A stretch of 63,313 nucleotides of DNA, counting the filler, from Candidatus Fermentibacterota bacterium (GTDB lineage: Bacteria > JAFGKV01), in assembly GCA_016928395.1 (NCBI GenBank). It is 7 parts of 7 records of this genome, joined end to end, with 100 filler letters (N's around TTAATTAATTAA, not from the genome) between each part and the next. Parts side by side here need not be neighbours in the genome. Positions count along the whole stretch, not along the records: positions 18,367 to 44,837 come from JAFGKV010000028.1; 6 more parts are not named here. One strand, written 5' to 3'. Under the pieces are notes generated by a model. The model worked only from the letters and a program-made list of their open reading frames with translations. It was not told the origin of the DNA and searched no databases. Of the stretch, positions 28,670 through 38,727 are shown in pieces. Position 1 is the stretch's first letter, and the number at the start of each line of letters is the position of its first letter. The translations under genes were made by a program, and so were the position numbers.

Positions 28670-30618
28670 TGTTCCTCGCACCATGGTATCTCGCCGCCTT
28701 GGCGGGTGCCGCGGTTCCCGTTATCATCCATCTGCTGTCGAAGAGGGCCATACGAACGAGGCCATTCTCCAGTCTTGTGTTTATCGAGGCAGTGGCGCAT
28801 AGTGCCCTCCGATGGACCCGTATCACGCAACGTCGTCTGCTAGCGCTGAGAGTCTCACTTCTGGCGCTGACCGCGCTGGCCCTGGCTAGACCGGTGTGTG
28901 CTCCCAGGCCACCCGTCGCCACCGTCATCGCCCTGGACGCATCCGCCAGCATGGGGGCCTCGGGCGGTAGAGTCTGGGGGCAGGCCCGCGACACTGCCGT
29001 GGAGCTTGCGCGTCCCGCGCCTATGCCGGTCTATGTTGGGTTGGCAACTCAGACCCTGCGGATCATGCAGCTCTCCACATGGTCAGAGCGAGAGAAGGTG
29101 ATCCGAGAATTCGTGCCGGAAGGCACGGCTCTGGATATGCGGAGGGTTTTCGCCGACGCTACCGGGTACGCGCGAGGATTGGGAGGGAAGATCAGGCTGG
29201 TACTGGTGAGTGATTTCCAGCCCGATGCATGGGAGGATGATCTCAGGGTTCCGCCCGAGCTTGAACTGTGGGGAGCCCGGGTTCCCGGCATGACGGGCAA
29301 TCTCGCCCTGGGGCCGCTCACCCTCGCGGGGACCGTACGGGGCGACGGCATGATGGAGATCGGGGGCGGCATACAACGCTACGGCCACACGGATGACTCG
29401 TGTACGGTAACGCTCATGACTGCCCGCGGCCGCATCGAGACGGTAGTCTCACTGGCGGGTGACGACACTCCGTTCAGCTTTCGCATCCCTCGCCCGCCGG
29501 AAGCCTTGGTCCACGCCACGGTGTTCATCGATGACCGCCACGGTCTTGTTCTTGACGACCGCCGCGAGGCGGCCCGATGGTCCCGGCAACGATGTCGGGT
29601 GGCGGTGATGGGTTCTGAGGGTGAGACCAGGACCCGGGTGAAGGCCGCCTTGGATCCGGCCGGCGACGGGCGATGGGGCTTTGAAACCGACCCCGGCGGC
29701 CTCGGTGACTCGGCAGATGTGGTGATCCTCATGGGCGCCACCGATCCCGGGCCGGACGCCGATCGTGCCCTTGACCACTGGATGAACGGCGCAGGGCTCG
29801 TGCTCGTGGCGGACAACGATTTTCTCTCCGACGAAGGCCGCAGGTTGTATGAACGAACCATGGGAGCAGCGCCGCTCTCCATCCGCGAGACATATTCGGG
29901 TTCGGCCGTCATCCACTATGATCACCCTGTGCTGGCGCCGTTTCGGCGTCTGCCTCCCCACGGCTTCTCGCCGCCTCAGGTACGAAGGTTCTGGCGGTGG
30001 CACGGTGAGGGAACTGCCCTTATCAGTCTGGAAGATGGCCCCCTGATGGTGGAACCGGAGGGTATCCCGCACGGCCGTGTGCTGGCATTTATGACCGGGT
30101 CGGTACCGCCATGGTCGGACTGGGGCAGCAAAGCATCGTTCGTGCCTCTGTTGCAGCTTGCGGTGGAGTATGCGGCGGGAGGGCTGGCGGTTCACCCGGT
30201 TCCCTTCAGTCAGGACTTCTCATGGAGACTCCATGAGGCGGGAGAGGTTTATGTGCTGCACTCGCCCGATGGTCTCGTCTCGCCTGTCACGACAGAGCTG
30301 ACACACGAAGGTATTGCCCGCGCACGCTTGGGACCCTTCGTTGACCCCGGTCTGTACACGCTGTGGGGAGCCCATCGGCCCGTCGCTCTGTTCGAACCCG
30401 TGGTTTCGGCACAAGAACAGGTCGTGGGAGAACCCGCGACCCCCCCGGCGGTGGCCAGATGGGTAGAGCATCCGGGGTTCCGCTGGCCGTCGACGCGGCG
30501 AGAACCGGCATCGCTCTTGTTCATGTTTGCGCTTGGTCTTCTCTTGGGAGAGGCCTGGCTTGCCCTGCGCATTACCCGAGGCGCCCCCCCTGCCGCATCC
30601 GGCGGGACGGGCGCCTAG
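28666..30618 (+). CDS. BatA/vWA domain membrane protein
   Basis: MFLAP..L..L...VPVIIHLL, LALARP, LDASASM, VSDFQ. Confidence 0.85.
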   Translation: MMFLAPWYLAALAGAAVPVIIHLLSKRAIRTRPFSSLVFIEAVAHSALRWTRITQRRLLALRVSLLALTALALARPVCAPRPPVATVIALDASASMGASGGRVWGQARDTAVELARPAPMPVYVGLATQTLRIMQLSTWSEREKVIREFVPEGTALDMRRVFADATGYARGLGGKIRLVLVSDFQPDAWEDDLRVPPELELWGARVPGMTGNLALGPLTLAGTVRGDGMMEIGGGIQRYGHTDDSCTVTLMTARGRIETVVSLAGDDTPFSFRIPRPPEALVHATVFIDDRHGLVLDDRREAARWSRQRCRVAVMGSEGETRTRVKAALDPAGDGRWGFETDPGGLGDSADVVILMGATDPGPDADRALDHWMNGAGLVLVADNDFLSDEGRRLYERTMGAAPLSIRETYSGSAVIHYDHPVLAPFRRLPPHGFSPPQVRRFWRWHGEGTALISLEDGPLMVEPEGIPHGRVLAFMTGSVPPWSDWGSKASFVPLLQLAVEYAAGGLAVHPVPFSQDFSWRLHEAGEVYVLHSPDGLVSPVTTELTHEGIARARLGPFVDPGLYTLWGAHRPVALFEPVVSAQEQVVGEPATPPAVARWVEHPGFRWPSTRREPASLLFMFALGLLLGEAWLALRITRGAPPAASGGTGA

Positions 30619-30637
30619 ACGACCCTGGAGGGTCTCT

Positions 30638-31663
30638 GTGACTGATCCATCCGACCGCGACGCTCCTCGCCGATGCCTCGACGCATGCCAGGCCATATCT
30701 GCGCAAGTCCACAAGGTGATCGTAGGCCAGGAAGCCGTGGTGCAACAGCTTCTTGCCTGTCTTCTGGCCAATGGTCATTCTCTCGTGGTAGGTGTCCCGG
30801 GGCTGGCAAAAACCCTCACCGTGAGTGCTTTGGCCCGCGCCATGGATCTCTCCTTCGGCAGGATTCAGTTCACGCCTGATCTCATGCCGTCGGATATCAC
30901 CGGCACCGAGGTGTTGGAACAGGACCATCGCACGGGAATGCGGAGTTTTCGTTTCGTCCACGGCCCGCTGTTCGCCAATATCGTGCTTGCCGATGAAGTG
31001 AACCGGACCCCGCCCAAGACCCAGGCCGCCCTCCTTCAGGCCATGCAGGAACGCGAAGTCACCTCGGGAGGCGTCACCTATCCGCTCCCTCCCCCCTTCC
31101 TCGTGCTGGCGACACAGAATCCGATCGAACAGGAGGGCACCTATCCGCTTCCTGAGGCCCAGCTGGATCGTTTCATGTTCCAGGTTGACATCTCCTACCC
31201 CACGTGGGAAGATGAAGTGTTGGTCGTGGAACACACTACGGGAGATGTCATCCCCCAGGTGGACTGCGTCATCGATCGTGAGCAGGTTGTCGCGCTGCAG
31301 GCCATGGTGCGGCGCGTTCCCGTGGCTCGCCACGTGGTGGAGGCGGCTGTTCATCTGGCGCGACTCACCCGGCCCGCTTCGCCCGAGGCTCCGTCGTTTG
31401 TGAGGGAGTGGGTGCGATGGGGAGCGGGCGTAAGAGCGGGCCAGTATGCCGTGTTGGGAGCCAAAGCGCGGGCGCTGATGCAGGGCAAACCGACGCCGGA
31501 CAGTGAAGATCTGCGTGCAGTAGCCGTGGCCGCGCTGGCCCACCGTTTGGTGCTCACCTTCCGGGCCGAGGCTGACGGCGTTACCCAACAGCATGTCGTG
31601 AGACGGCTTCTAGAGGAGGAGTGGAACACGGTGTCTGCACATCATGGGAGTGCACGAGGATGA
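30638..31663 (+). CDS. MoxR family AAA+ ATPase
   Basis: GVPGLAKT, RIQFTPDLMPSDITG, DEVNRTPPKTQAALL, NPIEQEGTYPLPEAQLDRF. Confidence 0.97.
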   Translation: MTDPSDRDAPRRCLDACQAISAQVHKVIVGQEAVVQQLLACLLANGHSLVVGVPGLAKTLTVSALARAMDLSFGRIQFTPDLMPSDITGTEVLEQDHRTGMRSFRFVHGPLFANIVLADEVNRTPPKTQAALLQAMQEREVTSGGVTYPLPPPFLVLATQNPIEQEGTYPLPEAQLDRFMFQVDISYPTWEDEVLVVEHTTGDVIPQVDCVIDREQVVALQAMVRRVPVARHVVEAAVHLARLTRPASPEAPSFVREWVRWGAGVRAGQYAVLGAKARALMQGKPTPDSEDLRAVAVAALAHRLVLTFRAEADGVTQQHVVRRLLEEEWNTVSAHHGSARG

Positions 31664-32568
31664 GCAGCTATGCCACAGACGAGACTGACGTGAAAGACAT
31701 GGGCCGTCTCCTTACGGTCATGGCAGGCGGTTCGGCGTCTGACGTATGGGCACGCATCCCGGCCTATGCCCCCATCGCACTCATGTTCTGGCTCGTGCAC
31801 GTGGCGTTCAGGTTTCGCGCCGGGGGCCCAGTGGGAGTGTGCGATCTAGCGCTGGCGGCACTCCTGTTCCTTCCCTGGTCAGTGCGGTCACGGCTCCTGC
31901 GGGTGCTGATGTCCGCCGCGGCCTACTTCGCGGTCTACTATGTCGCGTTCCTTCCGCTCCTCGACGACATCGCCGCGCGGGCTCATTGGCATGAGATACC
32001 GGCTCTGGAGGCGGCGCTTTTCCCGGGCACCAACCCGGTCATCGCAGTGCAGGCCTATCGAACCACCTTCCTGAACGTGATCTTCTGCATTGGCTACACT
32101 CTCCACATCGCCAACATTCTCGTGCCGTTGCTGTTTTTCCTCCGTACACGGGACATGGCCAATGCCGACTCCTATTCCTCCTCGTTTCTTGCCTGCGGCT
32201 ATCTGGGGTTCGCCATCTACTTGCTCTATCCTGTCGTTCCGCCGCGCCTGGCCCTGCCAGAAGTTACCGCGGTGACGCCTCCCTGGGCATCGGATGCGTG
32301 GCACACCGCAGGTTCATGGTTCCGCGCCAATCCTTACGCGGCGATGCCCAGTCTCCATTGCGCATTCCCGGTGCTTTCGTATCTGTACCTTCGGTCAATC
32401 CACTCCCCCCTGCGGTGGGTGTTCCTCGGTATGTCGATCTGGCTCTTTGTCGGGACTGTGTACCTTGGCGAGCACTATGTCTCCGATGTCGTGGCGGCCA
32501 TGCTCGTGGCCTGGGTTGCGGCGGAATCTGTGCGCCATATGCGGCGGTGGTCCCATGATCGCTCTTGA
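31660..32568 (+). CDS. PAP2/AUR1-like membrane phosphoesterase or phosphotransferase
   Basis: P..PPRL, AAMPSLH, HY.SD motifs; multiple TMs. Confidence 0.88.
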   Translation: MSSYATDETDVKDMGRLLTVMAGGSASDVWARIPAYAPIALMFWLVHVAFRFRAGGPVGVCDLALAALLFLPWSVRSRLLRVLMSAAAYFAVYYVAFLPLLDDIAARAHWHEIPALEAALFPGTNPVIAVQAYRTTFLNVIFCIGYTLHIANILVPLLFFLRTRDMANADSYSSSFLACGYLGFAIYLLYPVVPPRLALPEVTAVTPPWASDAWHTAGSWFRANPYAAMPSLHCAFPVLSYLYLRSIHSPLRWVFLGMSIWLFVGTVYLGEHYVSDVVAAMLVAWVAAESVRHMRRWSHDRS

Positions 32569-33415
32569 CAGCCTTGACCTGGTTGACGCCACCCGCATCG
32601 TGGCGGCCGCCCTGGCAGAGGATCTGGCTGGCGCGGGAGACCTGACAAGCAACGCTCTGGTGGCTGAACGTCGGAGGGGCCGGGGCGACTTTGTTGCCCG
32701 AGCCGACGGAGTGATGGCGGGCGCACCGGTGGTAGAATTGGTGTATCGGACGCTTCACGCCGATGTGACGTGGGAATGGTTCGCTGAGGGATGTGCGTTT
32801 CGCCGGGGGGCCCGACTCGGAACTGTCGAGGGACCCTCCGGGCTGCTCTTGACTGGGGAGCGGGTCGCCTTGAACCTTCTCCAGCGGCTCTGCGGGGTGG
32901 CCACGCTGACGAGACGGTATGTCGACGAATTGGCGGGTACGGGCGTGACACTTCTTGATACCCGCAAGACGACGCCCGGCCTCCGGCGGCTCGAGCGCTA
33001 TGCGGTTCGAGTCGGCGGAGGCCACAACCACCGTATGGGTCTCTATGACCGGGTGCTCATCAAAGATAATCACCTGGCGTTGGCTGGCGCCCCGTCGGAG
33101 GCCGTGCGAACCGCCAAGACACAGTGCCCCGGCATCTCCATCGAGGTCGAAGTCACCACAGTGGAAGGATTTCTCGATGCATGTCGAGCCTACCCCGACT
33201 GGGTGCTGCTGGACAATATGGGCCTTGCCGCACTGTGCAGATGCGTCGAACTCCGCAACGCCATGCCATCGCCGCGACCCCACCTAGAGGCCTCCGGAGG
33301 CGTCACCCTGGAGACGGTGCGTGATGTTGCCTCCACGGGGGTTGATGCGGTGAGCGTCGGCGCGCTGACCCATGCGGCTCCCTGGGTCGACATCGCGCTG
33401 GAGATGACGCCATGA
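32555..33415 (+). CDS. nadC: Quinolinate phosphoribosyltransferase
   Basis: ERVALN, DTRKTTPG, NHRMGL.D..LIKDNH, LLDNM, EASGG. Confidence 0.97.
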   Translation: MIALDSLDLVDATRIVAAALAEDLAGAGDLTSNALVAERRRGRGDFVARADGVMAGAPVVELVYRTLHADVTWEWFAEGCAFRRGARLGTVEGPSGLLLTGERVALNLLQRLCGVATLTRRYVDELAGTGVTLLDTRKTTPGLRRLERYAVRVGGGHNHRMGLYDRVLIKDNHLALAGAPSEAVRTAKTQCPGISIEVEVTTVEGFLDACRAYPDWVLLDNMGLAALCRCVELRNAMPSPRPHLEASGGVTLETVRDVASTGVDAVSVGALTHAAPWVDIALEMTP

Positions 33416-34374
33416 GCGCAGACGATCCCCTCCTTCTGGCCTTGGCCATGCGGCTGTGGGAACAGCGGGGTCAACTTCTCACGTGGGAGCACCTTGGCGC
33501 CGACACTCGCGGGCATGACGTCACGGTCAGCGCGCTCTCCCGACTTCTGGAGATAGGATTCGACGTGCGCCTATCACCCTCGGGCGTGCGGCTTGTGCCA
33601 GCCGCCGACACGCCGTGTTCTCACGAACTCCTTGATGAGCTCGGCATACCATCGGTGTGTTCTCCCGTGGTGGAATCGACAAACAGCATCGGGGTCATGC
33701 TGGTCAAGGCGGGTGCGGCCCATGGCACCGTCGTACTGGCCGAGGCGCAGGTCTGCGGCAGGGGCAGGCACGGGAAATCGTGGTTCTCCCCTGCCGGGCA
33801 GGGGCTGTGGCTGTCTATGCTGCTCTGTCCTACCTCCGAGCTGCCCTCTCCGGGATTGGTCTCGCTTCTGGTGGGGCTGTGCGTCGCGCGAGTGTTGCGT
33901 CGCCGGGGTGCGGACGTGGTGCTGAAGTGGGCCAATGATGTGATGTGGCATGGGCGCAAGATCTGCGGAATTCTCGTGGACAGAGTGGCGCGTGGCAACG
34001 ATGAGGCCTATGTCGCCGGCATCGGCATTAATGTCCATCAGAGCGAAGAGGCATTCCCCCCCGACATCCGCGCCAAGTCGGTATCATTGGACATGGTAGT
34101 CCCTCAGGAGGTGGACAGGGCGGATCTCGTGCTGCGGGTGGCACGGGAGATCCTGGCGGTGTGGGCCGCCGCCGAACCCGAGGGTCTGCGCATGGTACCT
34201 GACCAATGGAATGCCGAGTCGGGAACCGTAGGAATGCCCGTCCGCGTCGGAGCGGGCAGCGAGCTGTTCAGCGGAACAGTGGCAGGAGTGACTGGCAAAG
34301 GTGAACTGCAGGTCCTTCGTGCCGACGATACCCTGCGCACCGTGGCGTCGGGCCACATAGAGCTGATGGTCTAA
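33412..34374 (+). CDS. birA: Biotin-protein ligase
   Basis: STN, Q..GRGR.GK.W.SP, KWAND, KICGIL, GIGINV. Confidence 0.93.
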   Translation: MSADDPLLLALAMRLWEQRGQLLTWEHLGADTRGHDVTVSALSRLLEIGFDVRLSPSGVRLVPAADTPCSHELLDELGIPSVCSPVVESTNSIGVMLVKAGAAHGTVVLAEAQVCGRGRHGKSWFSPAGQGLWLSMLLCPTSELPSPGLVSLLVGLCVARVLRRRGADVVLKWANDVMWHGRKICGILVDRVARGNDEAYVAGIGINVHQSEEAFPPDIRAKSVSLDMVVPQEVDRADLVLRVAREILAVWAAAEPEGLRMVPDQWNAESGTVGMPVRVGAGSELFSGTVAGVTGKGELQVLRADDTLRTVASGHIELMV

Positions 34375-34378
34375 CAGG

Positions 34379-35143
34379 ATGCAGAGACCTGTCGCGGGTA
34401 CAGCCCTCTTGGTTGACGTGGGTAACTCCGCCGTCAAGGCCCGCGTGTGGAGCCCCCATCAAGGTCTAGGGCACGGCGAAGTGTGGCCGGCGGGCGGCGC
34501 CTTCCATCCCGGAGAGCTATTCACTGGCCGGTATGATGCCGTTGTCATGGCATCGGTGGTGCCGGCCTTGGGGTCTCGGATCGTGGCCATGGCGTCGAAA
34601 CTGGGGCTCGTGGTGCATTCGGTGACGCCCGACGCGGCGGAATCCGGGGCTTTGATACGGGGTCTCTATGAAGGCATGGGTCAGGACAGGGTCGCGGATG
34701 CCGTCGCCCTGTCGGGGCTCTTTCCGCTCCCGGCTCTGGTGGTTGATGCAGGCACCGCGGTGACCGTGGATCTCGTGGCGGAGGGAGGCGTGTATGCCGG
34801 AGGGCTCATCGTCCCTGGGCCTAAGCTCATGATTCGCTCGCTGGCGTCCGGTACGGCCCTTCTGAAGGGCGTGGAACCCAATGGCGCCGGGCCCGTCCTC
34901 GCTACCGACACGGTGTCAGCGGTGGCTGGCGGGGCGCATTGGGGAAGCATCTGCATGATCCAGGGACTCTTGAATCTGGTGGAGTCCCGGGGATACCGCT
35001 GGCGGTCCTTGGTGCTCACGGGAGGTGACTCGAAACGGGTCTCTCGCGATCTCACGCGGGAGCATGTGGTAGACCATGACCTCTGCTTTAAGGGGATGGC
35101 TCTTGTCTGGCAATCATTGTACGCTGGCACTGACGCCGGGTGA
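34379..35143 (+). CDS. coaX: Type III pantothenate kinase
   Basis: VDVGNS, SVVP, G.DR, VVDAGTAVT.D, GG.I.PG, LTGGD. Confidence 0.93.
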   Translation: MQRPVAGTALLVDVGNSAVKARVWSPHQGLGHGEVWPAGGAFHPGELFTGRYDAVVMASVVPALGSRIVAMASKLGLVVHSVTPDAAESGALIRGLYEGMGQDRVADAVALSGLFPLPALVVDAGTAVTVDLVAEGGVYAGGLIVPGPKLMIRSLASGTALLKGVEPNGAGPVLATDTVSAVAGGAHWGSICMIQGLLNLVESRGYRWRSLVLTGGDSKRVSRDLTREHVVDHDLCFKGMALVWQSLYAGTDAG

Positions 35144-36041
35144 CCCCCAGGGCATCGGGCCGGACGTTGTCGTCCGGGCGGCGGTCGCATTCGATATGCC
35201 TCGGGTGGAACTGGTGCTCTACGGCCCCGCCTCGGCCTGGGAAGGCCATGTGGCGCCATCGAGCCCATGGAGGCGCGTGGAGCTGCCTGAGCCCCCCTAT
35301 CAGCGAGAATCGCTGCGCGCCCCCTCAGCGTGGGGAGGAAGCGTCGCCATGACCTCACTTGAAGCGGCCGTGCGCGACGCCATGGCGGGCACGGTCAGCG
35401 CCGTGGTCACGGGCCCGGTGAGCAAGCAAAGCATCCATTTGGCGGGATACGCGTATCCGGGTCAAACCGAATATCTGGCGGCACTCACCGCCGCGCAGGA
35501 TTGGGCGATGATGCTGGCCCACGGGCGTCATCGAGTACTCCTGGCAACGCGTCATCTTCCCCTGCGTGATGTGCCGGACGCACTCCGTACGGATGATCTC
35601 GCAAGGCTCTTTCTGCTGGCTGATCGAGAACTCGGGATGCTGCTGGGGAGGAGGCCCCGCATCCTTGTCTGCGGCCTCAACCCCCACGCGGGGGACGGCG
35701 GCCTCGTAGGCAAGGAGGAAGTAACGGTCATCACTCCGGCCGTGGCCGAGGCGGCGCGGCAGGGCTGCCTGATTCAGGGGCCAGTCTCCGCCGAGGAGGT
35801 TTTCATGCGATGGGGAGGGGGTGCGGATGTGGCGATTGCCATGTATCACGATCAGGGTGCACTCCCGGTCAAGCTGCTGGGGTTGGGCAGTGCAGTGAAT
35901 GTAACCTTGGGCCTGCCCATCGTACGAACAAGCCCGGGGCACGGCACCGCGTTCGGTCTGGCCGGTACGGGGCAGGCCAGTGCGCGCAGCCTGGGCGCGG
36001 CGCTGCGCTGGGCCGTCGCCTTGGTCCGTCGTCGGTCATGA
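35103..36041 (+). CDS. pdxA: 4-hydroxythreonine-4-phosphate dehydrogenase
   Basis: GDPQGIGP, T.HLPL, GLNPHAG, AMYHDQG, NVTLGLP.VRTS. Confidence 0.93.
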   Translation: MSGNHCTLALTPGDPQGIGPDVVVRAAVAFDMPRVELVLYGPASAWEGHVAPSSPWRRVELPEPPYQRESLRAPSAWGGSVAMTSLEAAVRDAMAGTVSAVVTGPVSKQSIHLAGYAYPGQTEYLAALTAAQDWAMMLAHGRHRVLLATRHLPLRDVPDALRTDDLARLFLLADRELGMLLGRRPRILVCGLNPHAGDGGLVGKEEVTVITPAVAEAARQGCLIQGPVSAEEVFMRWGGGADVAIAMYHDQGALPVKLLGLGSAVNVTLGLPIVRTSPGHGTAFGLAGTGQASARSLGAALRWAVALVRRRS

Positions 36042-36763
36042 TTCGGCTCATCAAGGTCTCCTTCGGGGCGCAACGGCCAAACCGGGGCATTCGTCAGGTG
36101 TCGCTGCACGTACCCCGGGGCACCATGGGTCTCATCGTGGGCTCCATGGGCGCGGGGAAGACCCTGGTGCTGCGACTCTGCGCGGGATGGTCCCTCCCCG
36201 AGGAGGGCAGCGTACTGATCGACGGAAGAGACACCAAGGAAATGAGCGGTACCCAACTCAGAAGGCTCCGCCGGACCATGGGAATCGCCAGCATGGATCT
36301 TCCGCTTCTGGATACGCACTCAGTGCTGGACAATGTGGGAGCGGCCCTGGAGGTTCGAGGGATCCGCCAGCGCGCAGCCGTTCGCGCAGCGCTTCGCACG
36401 CTGGAGACTCTGGGAGTCCTGAGCCTGGCCTCCGCTCGGCCTCCCGACCTATCCTCGGGTGAGCGCCGACTCGTGGCGCTGGCCAGAGCAACCGCGGCCC
36501 GGCCTCCCATAGTCTTGGCGGATGGGCCCCTTGAGACTCTACCACCCGAGTACGTCTCAAACGCAGTGGATCTTCTGTCTGATCTAGTGTCGGCCGGGAG
36601 CTGTGTGCTCATGTCCAGCCGTAGCGGCGCTCACGTTCCGGAAGGCGCCCGGGTCTGGCTTCTACGCGATGGCACTATCGGGCCGTACCAGGAGGCCGCT
36701 TCACAGGTGGGGGTGCACACCAGTTCTCTGGTGGAGGCCTTGCTGAAGGGGGGGTGGACCTAA
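36038..36763 (+). CDS. ftsE: FtsE-like ABC ATPase (divergent)
   Basis: GSMGAGKT, LSSGE; followed by an FtsX-like gene. Confidence 0.7.
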   Translation: MIRLIKVSFGAQRPNRGIRQVSLHVPRGTMGLIVGSMGAGKTLVLRLCAGWSLPEEGSVLIDGRDTKEMSGTQLRRLRRTMGIASMDLPLLDTHSVLDNVGAALEVRGIRQRAAVRAALRTLETLGVLSLASARPPDLSSGERRLVALARATAARPPIVLADGPLETLPPEYVSNAVDLLSDLVSAGSCVLMSSRSGAHVPEGARVWLLRDGTIGPYQEAASQVGVHTSSLVEALLKGGWT

Positions 36764-36765
36764 GC

Positions 36766-37626
36766 ATGGGTCTGGCCGTGAGGATGATCCGTACTGCCTT
36801 CGCCGTGCTGCGGAGCAACCCTGGCGCATGGATCGAAAGCGTGGCGTGGTATTGCGCTCTCACCTGTGCCGTGCTTTGCGGCGCTGCTGCCCTGGACGTG
36901 GCATGCACCGCGTCCCGTCTCATGGAGGATTCGGCAGGCGTCCACGTGTTTCTGGCGCCGGATGCCCTGGGGCTCGCCGCATTGGATCAGGCTATCGAAG
37001 CCCTTCCCGGGGTACGGGATGCGCGGTTTGTGGTACGCCATGTCTCCGCCAGTGGTGCCGACTCCCCCGGTAGTGTCCACACACCCGGCAGTGTGCCCCG
37101 TCAAGCCTTGTACGTGCGGACCACGTCGGTGGATGCCGACAGCCTGGCGGTCTTGGCCGGTGCGATCCATTCCTTCCCACAGGTTGATGAGGTCCTCTAT
37201 TCCTCGGATTTTCTGGGAAGCGCAGCGGGAGTCGTGGCCTCCTGCCGATACGTGGCGGGTGCCGCCTGGGGCGCGGTGGCGCTGCTGGCGCTGGTGGCAG
37301 GGAGATGGTGTTGTGCGGGCCTTGTTCGGCTCTTCGGGACGCAGGCCATGGTCGCGTCGCTACTGGGTGGATCGTGGTGGGCAGCGGCGGCTCCAGTGAT
37401 CATCGCCGGGGCATCGGCCGGCGCCGTGGGATCTCTCCTTGGGTGGGTTCTGGTCGGGGGGATGGCCACCACTGGCACCACCCTCGCCCACGAGGCTCTC
37501 CGCCGTGTCGGCACCATCGGCCCCATGGTGACGGGGAGTACCACCGGTCTGGGGGCCTTGGGGTCTCTCGTGGGCGCCACCCGAGTCATATCGGGCAGAT
37601 CTCTCCGGCGGCGCCACGAGGAGTAG
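36766..37626 (+). CDS. ftsX: FtsX-like permease (divergent)
   Basis: TM - periplasmic domain (VHVFL...LPGV...VDEVLY) - TMs with LLG motif; follows the ftsE-like gene. Confidence 0.6.
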   Translation: MGLAVRMIRTAFAVLRSNPGAWIESVAWYCALTCAVLCGAAALDVACTASRLMEDSAGVHVFLAPDALGLAALDQAIEALPGVRDARFVVRHVSASGADSPGSVHTPGSVPRQALYVRTTSVDADSLAVLAGAIHSFPQVDEVLYSSDFLGSAAGVVASCRYVAGAAWGAVALLALVAGRWCCAGLVRLFGTQAMVASLLGGSWWAAAAPVIIAGASAGAVGSLLGWVLVGGMATTGTTLAHEALRRVGTIGPMVTGSTTGLGALGSLVGATRVISGRSLRRRHEE

Positions 37627-37635
37627 GAGGACGCG

Positions 37636-38727
37636 GTGAACGTCTTTGATGCCATCAAAGGTCAAACATGGGCTGTGGGCTACCTTAGGCGGGCCGGGGC
37701 GGCGGGCCGCTTGTCGCAGACCCTCATCTTCCACGGCCCGCCCTATGTTGGCAAAGAGACCGCCGCTATGGCGTTGGCGTCGTGGTGGCTTTGCGACCGT
37801 GAATCAGGGTGCGGCGTCTGTCCTTCTTGCCGCCAGGTCGCGACATACCAACATCCTGATTTCCACTATGTGTTTCCCTGCCCGGCCTCATGGTATGAGG
37901 ATCCCGTGCAGATCGGCGAGATCGTGGCGCAGCGCTGGATGCCGGAGCACCGGCTGGGGGAACCGCTGACGGATCCGAATCTCACCATCAGCATTGAGGC
38001 GGTACGCGGACTTATCCGGGCCGCCGCCCGCACTCCCTTCGGCGGGAGGGCCAGGGTGATCATCATCAGGAGCGCAGAACGGCTTCGGGAAGAGGCGCAG
38101 AACGCCTTTCTCAAGCTCCTGGAGGATGCTCCTTCCCATGTGCGGATTGTGCTCCTGACCACGAATATGGAACGGATGCTGCCCACCGTGCGGTCACGGG
38201 CCTACCACATTCGCTTTGTTGCCTTGGGCAAAGACGACTGGATCAGTGTGTTCCGCTCGCTGCATTCCGTGGATCTCTCCACGGCCGAGCTTCTGTACCG
38301 GCTTTCCGGGGCGTCCCTGGCCAGGGCTGCCTCCCTTCTGTCTGAAGACGAGGCCCTCCGCCAGCTCCCCATGACGCTCTTCACCCAGGATTCCTCTCCT
38401 GGCGCCTGGGCTTTTGCGGTGATGGAGCACATGGGTCCGAGGGTGGAGAGGGATGACCTAGATCGGTTTCTGGATTTCACCCTGTTATGGCTGCGCGACA
38501 TAATGGTATGGCGTGGAACGAAGAATCCGATGCTCTTGTTGAATTTGGATGCGGCCGACGCCATCGCCGACATTGCGACTCGTGTCGATCTTGCGCTCAT
38601 TCTACGCTTGATCTCGGAACTCGAGTCGCTGCGACAGGCATCGCGGTTGAATCTCGATCCGCGGCTCGTGTGCCATCGCATCGAGCGGCTCATGACCCGA
38701 TCACAGCTTATTGGAGGTCACGGGTGA
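37636..38727 (+). CDS. holB: DNA polymerase III delta' subunit
   Basis: GPPYVGKE, C...CGVCPSC, HPD, NAFLKLLE, LPTVRSR. Confidence 0.93.
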   Translation: MNVFDAIKGQTWAVGYLRRAGAAGRLSQTLIFHGPPYVGKETAAMALASWWLCDRESGCGVCPSCRQVATYQHPDFHYVFPCPASWYEDPVQIGEIVAQRWMPEHRLGEPLTDPNLTISIEAVRGLIRAAARTPFGGRARVIIIRSAERLREEAQNAFLKLLEDAPSHVRIVLLTTNMERMLPTVRSRAYHIRFVALGKDDWISVFRSLHSVDLSTAELLYRLSGASLARAASLLSEDEALRQLPMTLFTQDSSPGAWAFAVMEHMGPRVERDDLDRFLDFTLLWLRDIMVWRGTKNPMLLLNLDAADAIADIATRVDLALILRLISELESLRQASRLNLDPRLVCHRIERLMTRSQLIGGHG

